Positions 1-10,585 of a stretch of DNA of 64,000 nucleotides are shown here, piece by piece. Each line of letters begins with the position of its first letter. The stretch's first letter is position 1. Source of the DNA: Alphaproteobacteria bacterium (lineage in GTDB: Bacteria > Pseudomonadota > Alphaproteobacteria > UBA828); contig CAXXVO010000004.1 in the NCBI GenBank assembly GCA_963422645.2, positions 512,001 to 576,000 on the forward strand, read 5' to 3'. The position numbers were made by a program, and so were the translations under genes. Under the pieces are notes generated by a model. The model did not search any database, was not told the DNA's origin, and saw only the letters and a program-made list of their open reading frames with translations.

Positions 1-955
1 AGCACTCCACCATGCCAAGCGTGTGGTGCATCAGGTTGCGGCCCACCTGATCGGAGCGGTTGGCGAGCCCCTTCGGATGCGTCGTGCTTTCCGAGAGCAG
101 GAGCAGGCGCGGCGTGCCGACACCGTTGGCGGCGAGGACGATGACATCCGCCGTCTGGATATGACGCACGCCGGTGTTGCGCTCGACGTAGACGACGCCC
201 GTGGCGCGGCCCGACGCGTCGGTCTCGATGCGCTCGACCCGGCTGTCCGTGCGAAGCTCGACTCCCGCCGCAAGCGCCTTGGGCCAGTGAGTCACAGCCA
301 TGTCGTTGAGCGAGCCGCGCGGACAGCCGCTCTGGCAGGCGCCGCAGTTGTTGCAGGCGAGGCGGCCGTCGTATCCCTCCGCCAGAATGGCGCAGGGCAT
401 GGGCCACCAGTGCCAGCCCAGCTTGTCGAAGCCGCGCGTCACGACCTCGCCCATGGCCCCGCGCGGGCCGGGCCCGGTCTGGAAGGGGCCGCGCGGCGGC
501 ATCGCGGGATCGCCCGGCCAGCCGGAAACGCCGCAGGCTTCGTCCGCCATCTCGAAGTAGGGCGCGAGGTCCTCGTAGGAGATCGGCCAGTCCGGCGCGA
601 GGCCGTGCTCGGTGCCCTTGCGGAAATCGGATGGGCGGTAGCGCGGCCAGGTGGCCGTGTAGATGCCGGTGGAGCCGCCGACGCCGTTCCACATCAGCGT
701 CGTCTCGTCGGTGCTGTCCACCGGGTAGTCGTGCGGGTGCGCGCGCACGTTGACGGAGATCGACCAGTCGGTAGCGCGTCGCCATTCCCAGTCCCGGCCG
801 AAGTGCGGGCGTTGGTCTGGCGGGAACCACGGGCCCTGCTCCAGGCAGACCACCCTGATGCCTTTCCTGGCCAGCACGGTAGCGGGAATGACGCCGCCGG
901 GGCCGGAGCCGACGACAACCACGTCGGCATGATCGTGGGTCGTGCGCCCTGCCAT
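1..955 (-). CDS. GMC-family FAD oxidoreductase (runs off the window start)
   Basis: Not in the ORF track. Manual translation from ATG at 955 gives MAGRTTHDHADVVVVGSGPGG...VVCLEQGPW...NGVGGST (GxGxxG FAD motif and GMC GGST motif). Confidence 0.85.
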   Translation of the reverse strand, partial: MAGRTTHDHADVVVVGSGPGGVIPATVLARKGIRVVCLEQGPWFPPDQRPHFGRDWEWRRATDWSISVNVRAHPHDYPVDSTDETTLMWNGVGGSTGIYTATWPRYRPSDFRKGTEHGLAPDWPISYEDLAPYFEMADEACGVSGWPGDPAMPPRGPFQTGPGPRGAMGEVVTRGFDKLGWHWWPMPCAILAEGYDGRLACNNCGACQSGCPRGSLNDMAVTHWPKALAAGVELRTDSRVERIETDASGRATGVVYVERNTGVRHIQTADVIVLAANGVGTPRLLLLSESTTHPKGLANRSDQVGRNLMHHTLGMVEC

Positions 956-965
956 GGCGATTGCC

Positions 966-2045
<1,080 letters not shown>

Positions 2046-2054
2046 GGTTCGCCT

Positions 2055-2669
2055 CTATGTCCGGCCGTCTGCCGGGGCGGCGCCCGCCCGTCCGGCGGGC
2101 TTGCCGCCTGCGCCCCTGGCGATCGCACCACGGCCGCTCGCCACAGCGTCGTCCTGGGTGATCGTTTCCGACGCCAGCGGTTCGGACGGCAGGGGTGTGA
2201 GATCAAGGCGCATTACGTCCTCCGTCCGCACATAGCTCCCGCGCCGGTGCTGCGGCACCTGACGGGGATCGCTCTCGTCGAAGGGCGCCATGGCGTAGCC
2301 GGCGGGCTGCGGCGCATCGTTGTAGACATGGCCAAGCGAGCGGACGGCGCGCACTACGGCGGGGCTCTCGTAATAGGCGAGGTAGGCGATCATGCGCAGC
2401 GTCTCGAACTGCTCCGGGTGATCCGCCTCGAGGCGCCGCACGACGTCCTGCCCTTCCGCTGTGCTCAAAGCTGCTAGCGGCCCGCCACAGGCCTTGATTG
2501 TTTGCGCGAGATCGTCGAGCGCGGCCTCGCCCATTTGTGCCACCAGTCGATCCGCCACCACGCCGTGGGTGCCGGCATCGCTCGCGGCCGGGAAGCGCTC
2601 GTCCCCCGGCAGCAGCACGTCCACCAACTCTCTCAGCGTGGCTGCGATTTCAGCGGGCTTGGTCGCCAT
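2055..2669 (-). CDS. Gluconate 2-dehydrogenase subunit 3-like protein
   Basis: Real start probably MATKPAEIAATLRELVDVLLPGD at 2669; LP.D...P.AS.AG and F..LR...Y.AYY pattern; co-operonic with the GMC gene. Confidence 0.65.
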   Translation of the reverse strand: MATKPAEIAATLRELVDVLLPGDERFPAASDAGTHGVVADRLVAQMGEAALDDLAQTIKACGGPLAALSTAEGQDVVRRLEADHPEQFETLRMIAYLAYYESPAVVRAVRSLGHVYNDAPQPAGYAMAPFDESDPRQVPQHRRGSYVRTEDVMRLDLTPLPSEPLASETITQDDAVASGRGAIARGAGGKPAGRAGAAPADGRT

Positions 2670-2671
2670 CG

Positions 2672-3538
2672 CTATCTCGAGCTCCCTGCCGTCAAGCCGC
2701 GGATGAGCCAGCGTTGGAAGAACATCGCCAGCAGATAGACCGGCACGATGCCGATCAGAGACGCCACCGACATCTGGCCGTAGCGAAGTTGCCGGTCGCC
2801 CTGATAGAGCGAGAGGCCGACCGGCAGGGTCTGCGTGCTTTCGCTCCGGGTCAGGAATGAGGCGAGGAGGAACTCGTTGTAGGCCAGGATCAGGCAAATG
2901 ATGCCGGTGCTGATAATGCCCGGCATGAGCAACGGAACCGTGATGCGGAAGAGCACGGAGCCGTAGCCCGCGCCGTCGATCCGCGCGGCATCTTCCAACT
3001 CCTCCGGCAGGCGGCGGACGAAGCTCGAGAGCAGCCAGAACGCGACCGGCAGGTTCATGACGCCGTAGACCAAGGCCATGCCGAAGAGCGAGTTCAGCAG
3101 CCCGATCGAACGCAGAAGGAAGAAGAGGGGGAAGAGCGCCACGATGGGCGGCGCCACATAGGTCGCAAGGATGAAGGCCGGCAGAAACTTGCCGCCGATG
3201 CGGTAGCGCACGATGGCGTGCGTCGCAGGCACCGCGATGACCAGCGTCACCAACGCGCCCAGCGAAGCGGCGACGATCGAGTTGCGCAGGTAGGTGCCGA
3301 CGGCGACGGAGTCCCATGCGTCCGGGTAGTTCTGCCAGAACCACTGCTCCGGAATGAAGCCGCCGTTCGCAATATCCGGCTGCGTCTTAAACGAGACCAT
3401 AAACATGAAGATCATGGGGAAGATGAAGAAGAGCACCACCGCAGCGGTCCCGGTCCAGCGGGCGAGGGTCCAGAGATCGACCGGCGCCTCCGAGAGCCAG
3501 GTGCCGCCATCGAATTTTCTGACGCGGGCGGCTCTCAC
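2672..3538 (-). CDS. Carbohydrate ABC transporter permease (MalG type)
   Basis: EAA motif LEDAARIDGA and several TM helices; GTG start overlaps the upstream TGA. Confidence 0.9.
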   Translation of the reverse strand: MRAARVRKFDGGTWLSEAPVDLWTLARWTGTAAVVLFFIFPMIFMFMVSFKTQPDIANGGFIPEQWFWQNYPDAWDSVAVGTYLRNSIVAASLGALVTLVIAVPATHAIVRYRIGGKFLPAFILATYVAPPIVALFPLFFLLRSIGLLNSLFGMALVYGVMNLPVAFWLLSSFVRRLPEELEDAARIDGAGYGSVLFRITVPLLMPGIISTGIICLILAYNEFLLASFLTRSESTQTLPVGLSLYQGDRQLRYGQMSVASLIGIVPVYLLAMFFQRWLIRGLTAGSSR

Positions 3539-4491
3539 GAGAGCCTCTTCTCTGCGATGTCGTGCGCGGTGGTGAAGGGGATGGTGACGAGGCCGACCAC
3601 CACCGCGAACATGAGCGTCTGCGCCGCCGCGGCGCCGATGTCGAATTGCTGGATCGCGACCCGGTAGATGTAGAAGCTCGAAACGGTCGTCGCCTGGCCC
3701 GGCCCGCCGCCGGTCAGCACGAAGACGAGATCGAAGACCTTGAAGGCGATGACGAGCTTGAGAACTGCGATGGCGAGCAGCGCCGGCGCCAACATCGGCA
3801 GCGTGATGGACCAGAACATCGCGGGTCCTGACGCGCCGTCGAGCTTTGCCGCCTCGTAGATGTCTTCCGGCAGGGTCTGCAGCGCGGCGTAGGTCATCAG
3901 CGCGATGAAGGGTGTCCACTGCCACACGTCCGCGAGACACACGAAGGGGAACGCCATGGCGGGCGAGCCCAGGAAACTCACCGGCTGGCTGAAGATCGCC
4001 ATGTCCATGAGGAAGCTGTTGAGCCAGCCGCCCTTGGGCATCAGCAGCAGTTGCCACATGACGGCAACGGTGATCGGCGGTGTCATCAGCGGCAAAAGAA
4101 TCAGCGTGCGCAGGATCTGCCGGCCCTTCACGGCGCGGTCGATGAGAAGGGCCACGCAAACGCCGAGGATGACCGACGCCAGCGTCGTCATCAGCGCGAA
4201 TATGGCGGAGCGGAGCAGGGAGGAGGTGAACTTCGCTTGGTTGATGGCGTCCGTGTAGTGCTCGGCGCCGACCCATCCCCGGAACAGCGTGCCGAGATTG
4301 GAATCGGAGAAGGAGAGGAAGATCAGGTAGATGAAGGGATAGACGGCGAAGACGATCAAGCCGCCGATCAGCGGCATGACCACCGCCCAGCCGATCGTCT
4401 TCCGCCGGTCGAGGGTGAGCGCGCTGGCCCAGCGCCTGCCTGCCTGCGGCTCTTCGCGCGTGCGCTGCGGCGTGGTGTCCAGCTCAGTCAT
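3535..4491 (-). CDS. Carbohydrate ABC transporter permease (MalF type)
   Basis: YEAAKLDGA motif, DVWQWTPF, TGGGPG. Confidence 0.92.
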   Translation of the reverse strand: MTELDTTPQRTREEPQAGRRWASALTLDRRKTIGWAVVMPLIGGLIVFAVYPFIYLIFLSFSDSNLGTLFRGWVGAEHYTDAINQAKFTSSLLRSAIFALMTTLASVILGVCVALLIDRAVKGRQILRTLILLPLMTPPITVAVMWQLLLMPKGGWLNSFLMDMAIFSQPVSFLGSPAMAFPFVCLADVWQWTPFIALMTYAALQTLPEDIYEAAKLDGASGPAMFWSITLPMLAPALLAIAVLKLVIAFKVFDLVFVLTGGGPGQATTVSSFYIYRVAIQQFDIGAAAAQTLMFAVVVGLVTIPFTTAHDIAEKRLS

Positions 4492-4500
4492 AGCGGGGAG

Positions 4501-4548
4501 ACCGGGCGGCCGCAGCCAGGGTCGCCCCTGTGCATGCGGCCGCCCGGT
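4501..4548. repeat. 14-bp perfect inverted repeat between the binding-protein and permease genes (mRNA-stabilising hairpin or attenuator)
   Basis: ACCGGGCGGCCGCA (4501-4514) / TGCGGCCGCCCGGT (4535-4548). Confidence 0.6.
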
Positions 4549-4559
4549 TCATGGCTATG

Positions 4560-5891
4560 CTAGCCGAGAATGTCCTCCCAGCTGGCCTGGGCGTCGCCCA
4601 TGGCCTGCTCGACGGTCTTGTCGCCGGCCATCATCGAGCCAAGCTCGTCCGTGAGCGACTGCATGAGCTTGGGCGATTCCGGCTTCGTCGGCCAGGCGAA
4701 GGCGTCGTCGATGGCCTGCTCCACGGCGTCCGCCTGCAGCGGCGCGAAGTCACGGTAGGCGGGCATCGCCGAGCGCCGGGTCGGGTCGACGCCGGTCGTG
4801 TTGTCGGTGAGCACGCGCACGTGGAAGTCCTTGCTCGACGACATGCGCACGAACTCCCACGCCATCTCCGGATTGTGCGAGCCCGACGAGACGCCAAAGG
4901 ACCAGCCCGCGTTCATCGCCGGCCGGTTGACCGTGTTGCTGCCTGCGACAGGCATCGGCACGACGCCCCACTTGTCGACGATCTGGCTCTGGTTGGCGTC
5001 CTGCGCCCAGGTCCCGAGATCGGTCCAGAACTCGATCATGGCGGCGCCGCCGCTCAGGAATACCGGGATCGAGTTGCCGAACTCGGTCTCGAGCGGTGTC
5101 GGCACCGCGGAGGGGCCGGCATCCAGCATGGTCTGCGCGGCGCCGATCGCGGCATCGCTGGTCAGCGCCGGCGCGCCGTTGGCGTCGAGGAAGTTACCGC
5201 CGTAGCCGCCCAGCCGGTTCGCGTAGGTCGAGCAGAGGATGATCGGGAACTGCTTGCACATGAGGAGCGCGCCGTAGACGCCGTTGGCGGCCTCCGCATC
5301 CGTCACCGCCTTGGCAACGGCGTTGTACTCGTCCCAGGTCGCCGGCGGCTGTAGCCCGTTCCGGTCGAGAATCTCCCTGTTGTAGAAGAGGACGTGCGTA
5401 TCGCCGTCGTAGGGCAGGCCGTAGCGGCGGCCGTCCACCAGGGTATAGGCGTCGTAGAGCGCGCCCAGGAAGTCGGCGGGGTCGATGTCGGCTTCCTCCG
5501 CCGCAATGCGGTCGGTGATGTCGGCGAGCACGCCGTCACGCACCAACGCCTCCTTGTCGACGTACCAGTACTGGAAGACGTCGATCTCGTTGATGCCGGA
5601 CATGACGTCGAGCGTCGACTGCGCGGTGATCTGGTCGTAGGGGACCTTCACCCCTTCAACCGTGGCGCCGGTCAACTCGGTGAAGCCTTCCGAGAGCGGC
5701 TTGATCGAGCCTGCGTGCGGATTGATGATCATGAAGCGCAGGGTCTCGCCGGACCAGTCCGACGCCTGTGCGCGCGATGCAAACGCGCCTGAGCCTGCTG
5801 CGGTCAGCGCGGCCGCGCCTGCCGCCGTACCCTTAAGAAAAGACCGCCGGGAGAGCGGCGCTTTCGGCCAAGTCGTTCCGTGGTCGGCCAT
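4560..5891 (-). CDS. Sugar ABC substrate-binding protein with Tat signal
   Basis: SRRSFLK twin-arginine motif after Met at 5891; YGLPYDG..VLFYN and PPATWDE SBP family 1 motifs. Confidence 0.9.
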   Translation of the reverse strand: MADHGTTWPKAPLSRRSFLKGTAAGAAALTAAGSGAFASRAQASDWSGETLRFMIINPHAGSIKPLSEGFTELTGATVEGVKVPYDQITAQSTLDVMSGINEIDVFQYWYVDKEALVRDGVLADITDRIAAEEADIDPADFLGALYDAYTLVDGRRYGLPYDGDTHVLFYNREILDRNGLQPPATWDEYNAVAKAVTDAEAANGVYGALLMCKQFPIILCSTYANRLGGYGGNFLDANGAPALTSDAAIGAAQTMLDAGPSAVPTPLETEFGNSIPVFLSGGAAMIEFWTDLGTWAQDANQSQIVDKWGVVPMPVAGSNTVNRPAMNAGWSFGVSSGSHNPEMAWEFVRMSSSKDFHVRVLTDNTTGVDPTRRSAMPAYRDFAPLQADAVEQAIDDAFAWPTKPESPKLMQSLTDELGSMMAGDKTVEQAMGDAQASWEDILG

Positions 5892-6134
5892 CGATTGAAT
5901 CCTCCTCGTGAGCCGTGTTCGGATGTGCTGCCAACATGGAATCGCCTTGCTTCCCTGAATAGGGGATGCACGCGCGCCCATCAACTCTAAAGAGCGAAAC
6001 CACACATGCCCGAAGGCGCGGGACCGAATGACTGTGATAGTCTGCCTTGACGTATTTGCGAAAGTTTCGTGAATATCCCTTCCGACCGCGCAGAAGAATG
6101 CGGTGACAGCATCCATCACCGGGAACGGCAATCG

Positions 6135-7748
6135 ATGGGCGAGGGAGACGGTGGCGCGGGCTCGGCCGCCGCTGAGAGCGGCCCCTCGCTCGAGGTCGAG
6201 CTGACGCTTGGCGGCGATCCCGCTGCCCTTGATCGCGGCTGGCGCGCGGCAGTCTCCGCCAATGGAGGAGAAAGCGCGCAGCGGCTACGAAGCACCTACT
6301 TCGACACCGGCGATTTCCGCCTGCGTCGGCGCGGCTTCACGCTGCGCATCCGCGAAGACGGCGAAGGGCTGGTCCAGACCCTGAAGTCGGATGGGCCTTC
6401 TTCAGCCGCTGCCGTGCTCAAGCGCAACGAGTGGACGCGCACGGTCAAGCAGCCGGTGCCGAGCCTCCCAGTCGCGCCCGATCCGGCAATTCGCGATGCG
6501 GTGGGGCCCATAGGGCCAGCGGAGTTGGCGCCGGCGTTCTCCACCGATGTCATTCGGCGGACCGCCATGGTCGAGATTGCCGCGCCGGATGACGGAAGAG
6601 CTCTGATCGAACTCGCTCTCGACAGCGGGGAGATCAAGGCGCGTGACAAGTGCGACACCGTCTCCGAGCTGGAGCTGGAGCTGATTGAGGGGCCAACGAG
6701 TGCGCTCTATGAGCTCGCCATGAGGCTGCATGCCTCGGCGCCGCTCCGCATACAGACGGCGAGCAAGGCCAAGCGAGGCTATGTCCTTGCCGGCGGCGAG
6801 GGCTACGCCGGCTACAAGGCGCCGGCGCTCGCATTTGCGCAGGGCATCTCCGTAAACGAGGCCCTGGGCAAGATCTTTCGCGCGTGTGCCAATCAGTGTG
6901 CGGCGAATCACGATGCGGTGCTGGACCGCAGCGATCCGGAAGGAGTGCACCAGTTTCGCGTTGCATTGCGCCGGATGCGTTCGGCCCTCGTGGTCTTCAA
7001 GACAGTTCTTCCGCGCGGGCATACTGCCTGGCTGGAGCGGGACGCGAGCCGTCTCATCGACGTGCTAGGCCCGGCGCGCGATTGGGACGTATTCATTACC
7101 GAGACTCTCGTGACCGTTCGGGCTGCCCGGCCGGACGACGAGGCACTTGAGCGTCTTGTCGAAGCCGCCGAGGTGGAGCGCGCCCGGGCCTACGAGCAGG
7201 CAGAGGCGCTGCGCGCGCCCGACTACACGGAATTCCTGCTTCGCTTCGGCCGGTGGATAGAGACGGCGGGCTGGCGCGAAGAGGCGAACCACGCCGTGCT
7301 CGATCAGCCGCTCGCGAATCTTGGGGGATGCCTGCTCGACAAGCGCCACAAGCGCGTACTGAAGCGCGGTCGGGAATTCGAGCAGCTGTCGGACGCCGAC
7401 CTGCACCGGCTCAGAATCTCGCTGAAGAAGCTGCGTTACGCGGGCGAGTTCTTCGCGGCCCAGTTCCCCGACGGCAAGCCGCGTCCCTACATCAAGGCGT
7501 TGCGTCGGCTGCAGGACGACCTCGGCCAGCTCAACGACGCCGCCGTCGCCGAGAGCTGCTTGAAGACGCTGCTGGACACCCAGCGTGGAAGCAGCCATCT
7601 CGCTGCACTTGGTGTGGGCGCAGGGCAGGTGATCGGTTGGCACGCTCGAGCACGCGAGGAAACCCGAAGCCGGATCACCGAGGATTGGCACGAATTTTCT
7701 GCCACCGAGCCCTATTGGCGCGCTGGCGCGAGCGAGTTGCACGGCTGA
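6135..7748 (+). CDS. CYTH and CHAD domain protein (inorganic triphosphatase/polyphosphate-binding)
   Basis: EVELTL, STYFDT, LRIR, ELELEL (CYTH); VHQFRVALRRMRS and LHRLRISLKKLRY (CHAD). Confidence 0.9.
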   Translation: MGEGDGGAGSAAAESGPSLEVELTLGGDPAALDRGWRAAVSANGGESAQRLRSTYFDTGDFRLRRRGFTLRIREDGEGLVQTLKSDGPSSAAAVLKRNEWTRTVKQPVPSLPVAPDPAIRDAVGPIGPAELAPAFSTDVIRRTAMVEIAAPDDGRALIELALDSGEIKARDKCDTVSELELELIEGPTSALYELAMRLHASAPLRIQTASKAKRGYVLAGGEGYAGYKAPALAFAQGISVNEALGKIFRACANQCAANHDAVLDRSDPEGVHQFRVALRRMRSALVVFKTVLPRGHTAWLERDASRLIDVLGPARDWDVFITETLVTVRAARPDDEALERLVEAAEVERARAYEQAEALRAPDYTEFLLRFGRWIETAGWREEANHAVLDQPLANLGGCLLDKRHKRVLKRGREFEQLSDADLHRLRISLKKLRYAGEFFAAQFPDGKPRPYIKALRRLQDDLGQLNDAAVAESCLKTLLDTQRGSSHLAALGVGAGQVIGWHARAREETRSRITEDWHEFSATEPYWRAGASELHG

Positions 7749-7890
7749 CCCTGTCGGAATCCGAAGCATCCGCGTCGCATCAAGGCCGATATTCGCGAGC
7801 CCTCTAATGCTATGACCGGTGGGGAGGAGAGGTAGGGCGGCCCTTTAGGGATACCCACGCCGTCTCTCTCTAAACCGGGAGAGTTCCGTC

Positions 7891-10377
7891 ATGCCTGAGA
7901 TCATGAGGGACGAAGGCGGCGCGAGCGCCAGCAAGCCGCTCCCAAGCCACGCCAGGGTCGTCGTCATGGGCGGTGGCGTGGTGGGCTGTTCGATCCTCTT
8001 CCATCTCGCCAAGTTCGGCTGGAAGGACGTGATCCTGCTGGAGCGGGAAGAGCTCACCGCCGGATCGTCCTGGCACGCGGCCGGGATGATTCACACGCTT
8101 TCGTCGGACCCCAACATCTCCCGCCTGCAGGGCTACACGATCAATCTCTACAAGGAGATTGAGGAAACCTCGGGCCAGTCCGTCGGCATGCACAACACCG
8201 GCGGCTTTTACCTCGCCTCCACCAGGGATTGGTACGACTACCTCAAGCGCGAGCGCTCCAAGGCGCGCTACATGGGGCTCGACCAGGAGTTCATCTCGCC
8301 GAAGGAGGTCGCGGAGCGCCATCCGCTGATCGATCCCAAGCACTACTACGCCGCACTCTGGGACGAGCTCGACGGCGACGTCGACCCCTCCGGCGCGACC
8401 TACGCCTTCGCCAAGTCCGCGCGCGTCCACGGTGCGCAGTACTTCACCCGGACTCCGGTGGTGGAGACCAACCAACGGCCAGACGGCTCATGGGATGTGG
8501 TCACGCCGCGCGGCACGGTCAACGCCGAGCACATCGTGAACTGCGGCGGGCTCTGGGCGCGCGAAGTGGGCCATTTGGCAGGAGTCGCGCTGCCGGTTCA
8601 GCCGATGGAGCACCACTACCTCATTACCGACACGATCCCCGTGATTGCGGAGAGGATGGGGGAAGGTGGCGCCGGCCACTTGCCGGGGGGCATCGACTAC
8701 GAGGCCAACATCTACTTCCGGCAGGAGCGGCACGGTGTCCTGCTCGGCACCTACGAGCCCAAGTCGACGCCGTGGAACGTCTCCGGCACGCCGCTCGACT
8801 TCGGACAGGAGCTCTTGTCGCCTGACCTCGACCGCATCACCGACCGGCTGGAGATGTCGTTCGAGCGTATTCCGAAGCTCGGCGAGGCCGGGATCAAGGA
8901 CATCATCTGCGGCCCCTTCACCTTCGGTCCCGACGGCAACCCCATGATCGGCCCGGTGCCGGGGGTGCGGAATTACTGGGTGGCCGTGGGCGTCATGGCC
9001 GGCTTTTGCCAGGGCGGCGGGGTCGGCCGCAGCATGGCCGAGTGGATGATCGACGGCGAGCCATCGATCGACGTGTGGGCCATGGACATCGCCCGCTTCG
9101 GCGAGTTCGCGACGCCGGAGTGGGGCACGGTCAAGTCGGCGGAGAACTACGAGCGCCGTTTCGTGATGACCTTCCCCAACGAGACCCTGCCCAAGGGCCG
9201 GCGCCAAAAGACCACCGCGCTCTTCGACCGGCTTCTCGCCAAGGGCGCGGTGATGGACCAGGGTTTCGGGTTGGAGCACGCGCTGTGGTTCGCCAATGAG
9301 CCGGAGGATGCCCACGAGGACCCGTCCTTCCGTCGCTCCCGCGCGCACGACTACGTGGCGCGCGAGGTGAAGGCGGTGCGTGAGGCGGTGGGCTGCATCG
9401 AGATCGCCAACTATTCCAAGCACGGGTTCGAAGGTCCCGGCGCCCGCGCCTTCCTGGACCGCGTGCTGGCCGGCCGCGTGCCGAAGCCCGGCCGCATCGC
9501 GCTGACGCCGATGCTGACCGAGAAGGGAAAACTCTACGGCGATCTCACCGTCGCATGCCTGACGGAAGATCGCTTCATGCTGGTCGGCTCAGGTGTCATG
9601 CAGGAGGCGCATCGGCGCTGGTTCGAGCAGCGCCTCGGCACAGGCGTCGACTACCAGAACCTCTCGGACGCGCTGCACGGTATCGCGCTCTCGGGCCCGC
9701 ACGCCCGCGATCTGCTCGCCCGAATCTCCCGCGACGATGTCTCGGCGGAGGCGTTCCGCTTTCGCGATATTCGCCAGAGCTTCGTCGGTGGCGTGCCGGC
9801 GATCGTCTCGCGGCTCAGCTTTTCGGGCGAGCTCGGCTACGAGATCTTTGTCGCGCCGCAGTACCAGATCGCGCTTGCGGAGGCGATCGAGGACGCTGGC
9901 GTCGATCTCGGTCTGCGCTGGTACGGGGCGCGGGCGCTGATGTCGCTCCGGCTGGAGAAGGCTTGGGGCGTCTGGACGCTCGACTACCGCCCGGACTTCA
10001 CTGCGGCTGAGAGCGGGCTCGACGCCTTCATCCAGTGGGACAAGGAGTTCGTCGGCAAGGCGGCGGCGGAAGCCGAGCGGAGCACCGGGCCTGCCAGGCG
10101 CTTGGTGCCGCTGGTTATCGACTCCCCGGCAATCGACGGCAAACTCATCGACGTATCGAACGACGAGGCAATCCTGCGAGAGGGTAGGGCCGTCGGATAC
10201 GTGAGCTCGGGCGGCTACGCGCATCATGTCGGGCAATCCATGGCGATGGGCTATGTGCCGACGGAGATGGCGGCGACCGACGAGCGCTTCGACGTGGAGA
10301 TTTTGGGAGAGATGTTCCCCGCGCGCGTGCAGACCACGCCGCTCTACGATCCCAACGGTGGGAGAATGCGAAGCTGA
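7891..10377 (+). CDS. GcvT-family FAD-dependent oxidoreductase (dimethylglycine dehydrogenase-like)
   Basis: GGGVVG, LTAGSSWHAAG, DAO plus GcvT folate-binding domains (SFSGELGYEI, SLRLEK); 828 aa. Confidence 0.9.
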   Translation: MPEIMRDEGGASASKPLPSHARVVVMGGGVVGCSILFHLAKFGWKDVILLEREELTAGSSWHAAGMIHTLSSDPNISRLQGYTINLYKEIEETSGQSVGMHNTGGFYLASTRDWYDYLKRERSKARYMGLDQEFISPKEVAERHPLIDPKHYYAALWDELDGDVDPSGATYAFAKSARVHGAQYFTRTPVVETNQRPDGSWDVVTPRGTVNAEHIVNCGGLWAREVGHLAGVALPVQPMEHHYLITDTIPVIAERMGEGGAGHLPGGIDYEANIYFRQERHGVLLGTYEPKSTPWNVSGTPLDFGQELLSPDLDRITDRLEMSFERIPKLGEAGIKDIICGPFTFGPDGNPMIGPVPGVRNYWVAVGVMAGFCQGGGVGRSMAEWMIDGEPSIDVWAMDIARFGEFATPEWGTVKSAENYERRFVMTFPNETLPKGRRQKTTALFDRLLAKGAVMDQGFGLEHALWFANEPEDAHEDPSFRRSRAHDYVAREVKAVREAVGCIEIANYSKHGFEGPGARAFLDRVLAGRVPKPGRIALTPMLTEKGKLYGDLTVACLTEDRFMLVGSGVMQEAHRRWFEQRLGTGVDYQNLSDALHGIALSGPHARDLLARISRDDVSAEAFRFRDIRQSFVGGVPAIVSRLSFSGELGYEIFVAPQYQIALAEAIEDAGVDLGLRWYGARALMSLRLEKAWGVWTLDYRPDFTAAESGLDAFIQWDKEFVGKAAAEAERSTGPARRLVPLVIDSPAIDGKLIDVSNDEAILREGRAVGYVSSGGYAHHVGQSMAMGYVPTEMAATDERFDVEILGEMFPARVQTTPLYDPNGGRMRS

Positions 10378-10585
10378 ATTGTCTCAATGACCATCTTCGA
10401 ACACCGCTCACCAAGCCTCGGCGCGGCAAGACGCTCTCCCCCAATCGTGCCAGGGGCGACAGGGCTTCCGCTATGGGCTAGGTTGGGTGGGCCAGTTCGT
10501 TTCGGGCGGGGAGAATGGCGCCGCGTATCTCTTCCAAGAGCGGTGCAGCGGTGCCGGCAGAGAGCAACACTCGGAGGACAAGCAG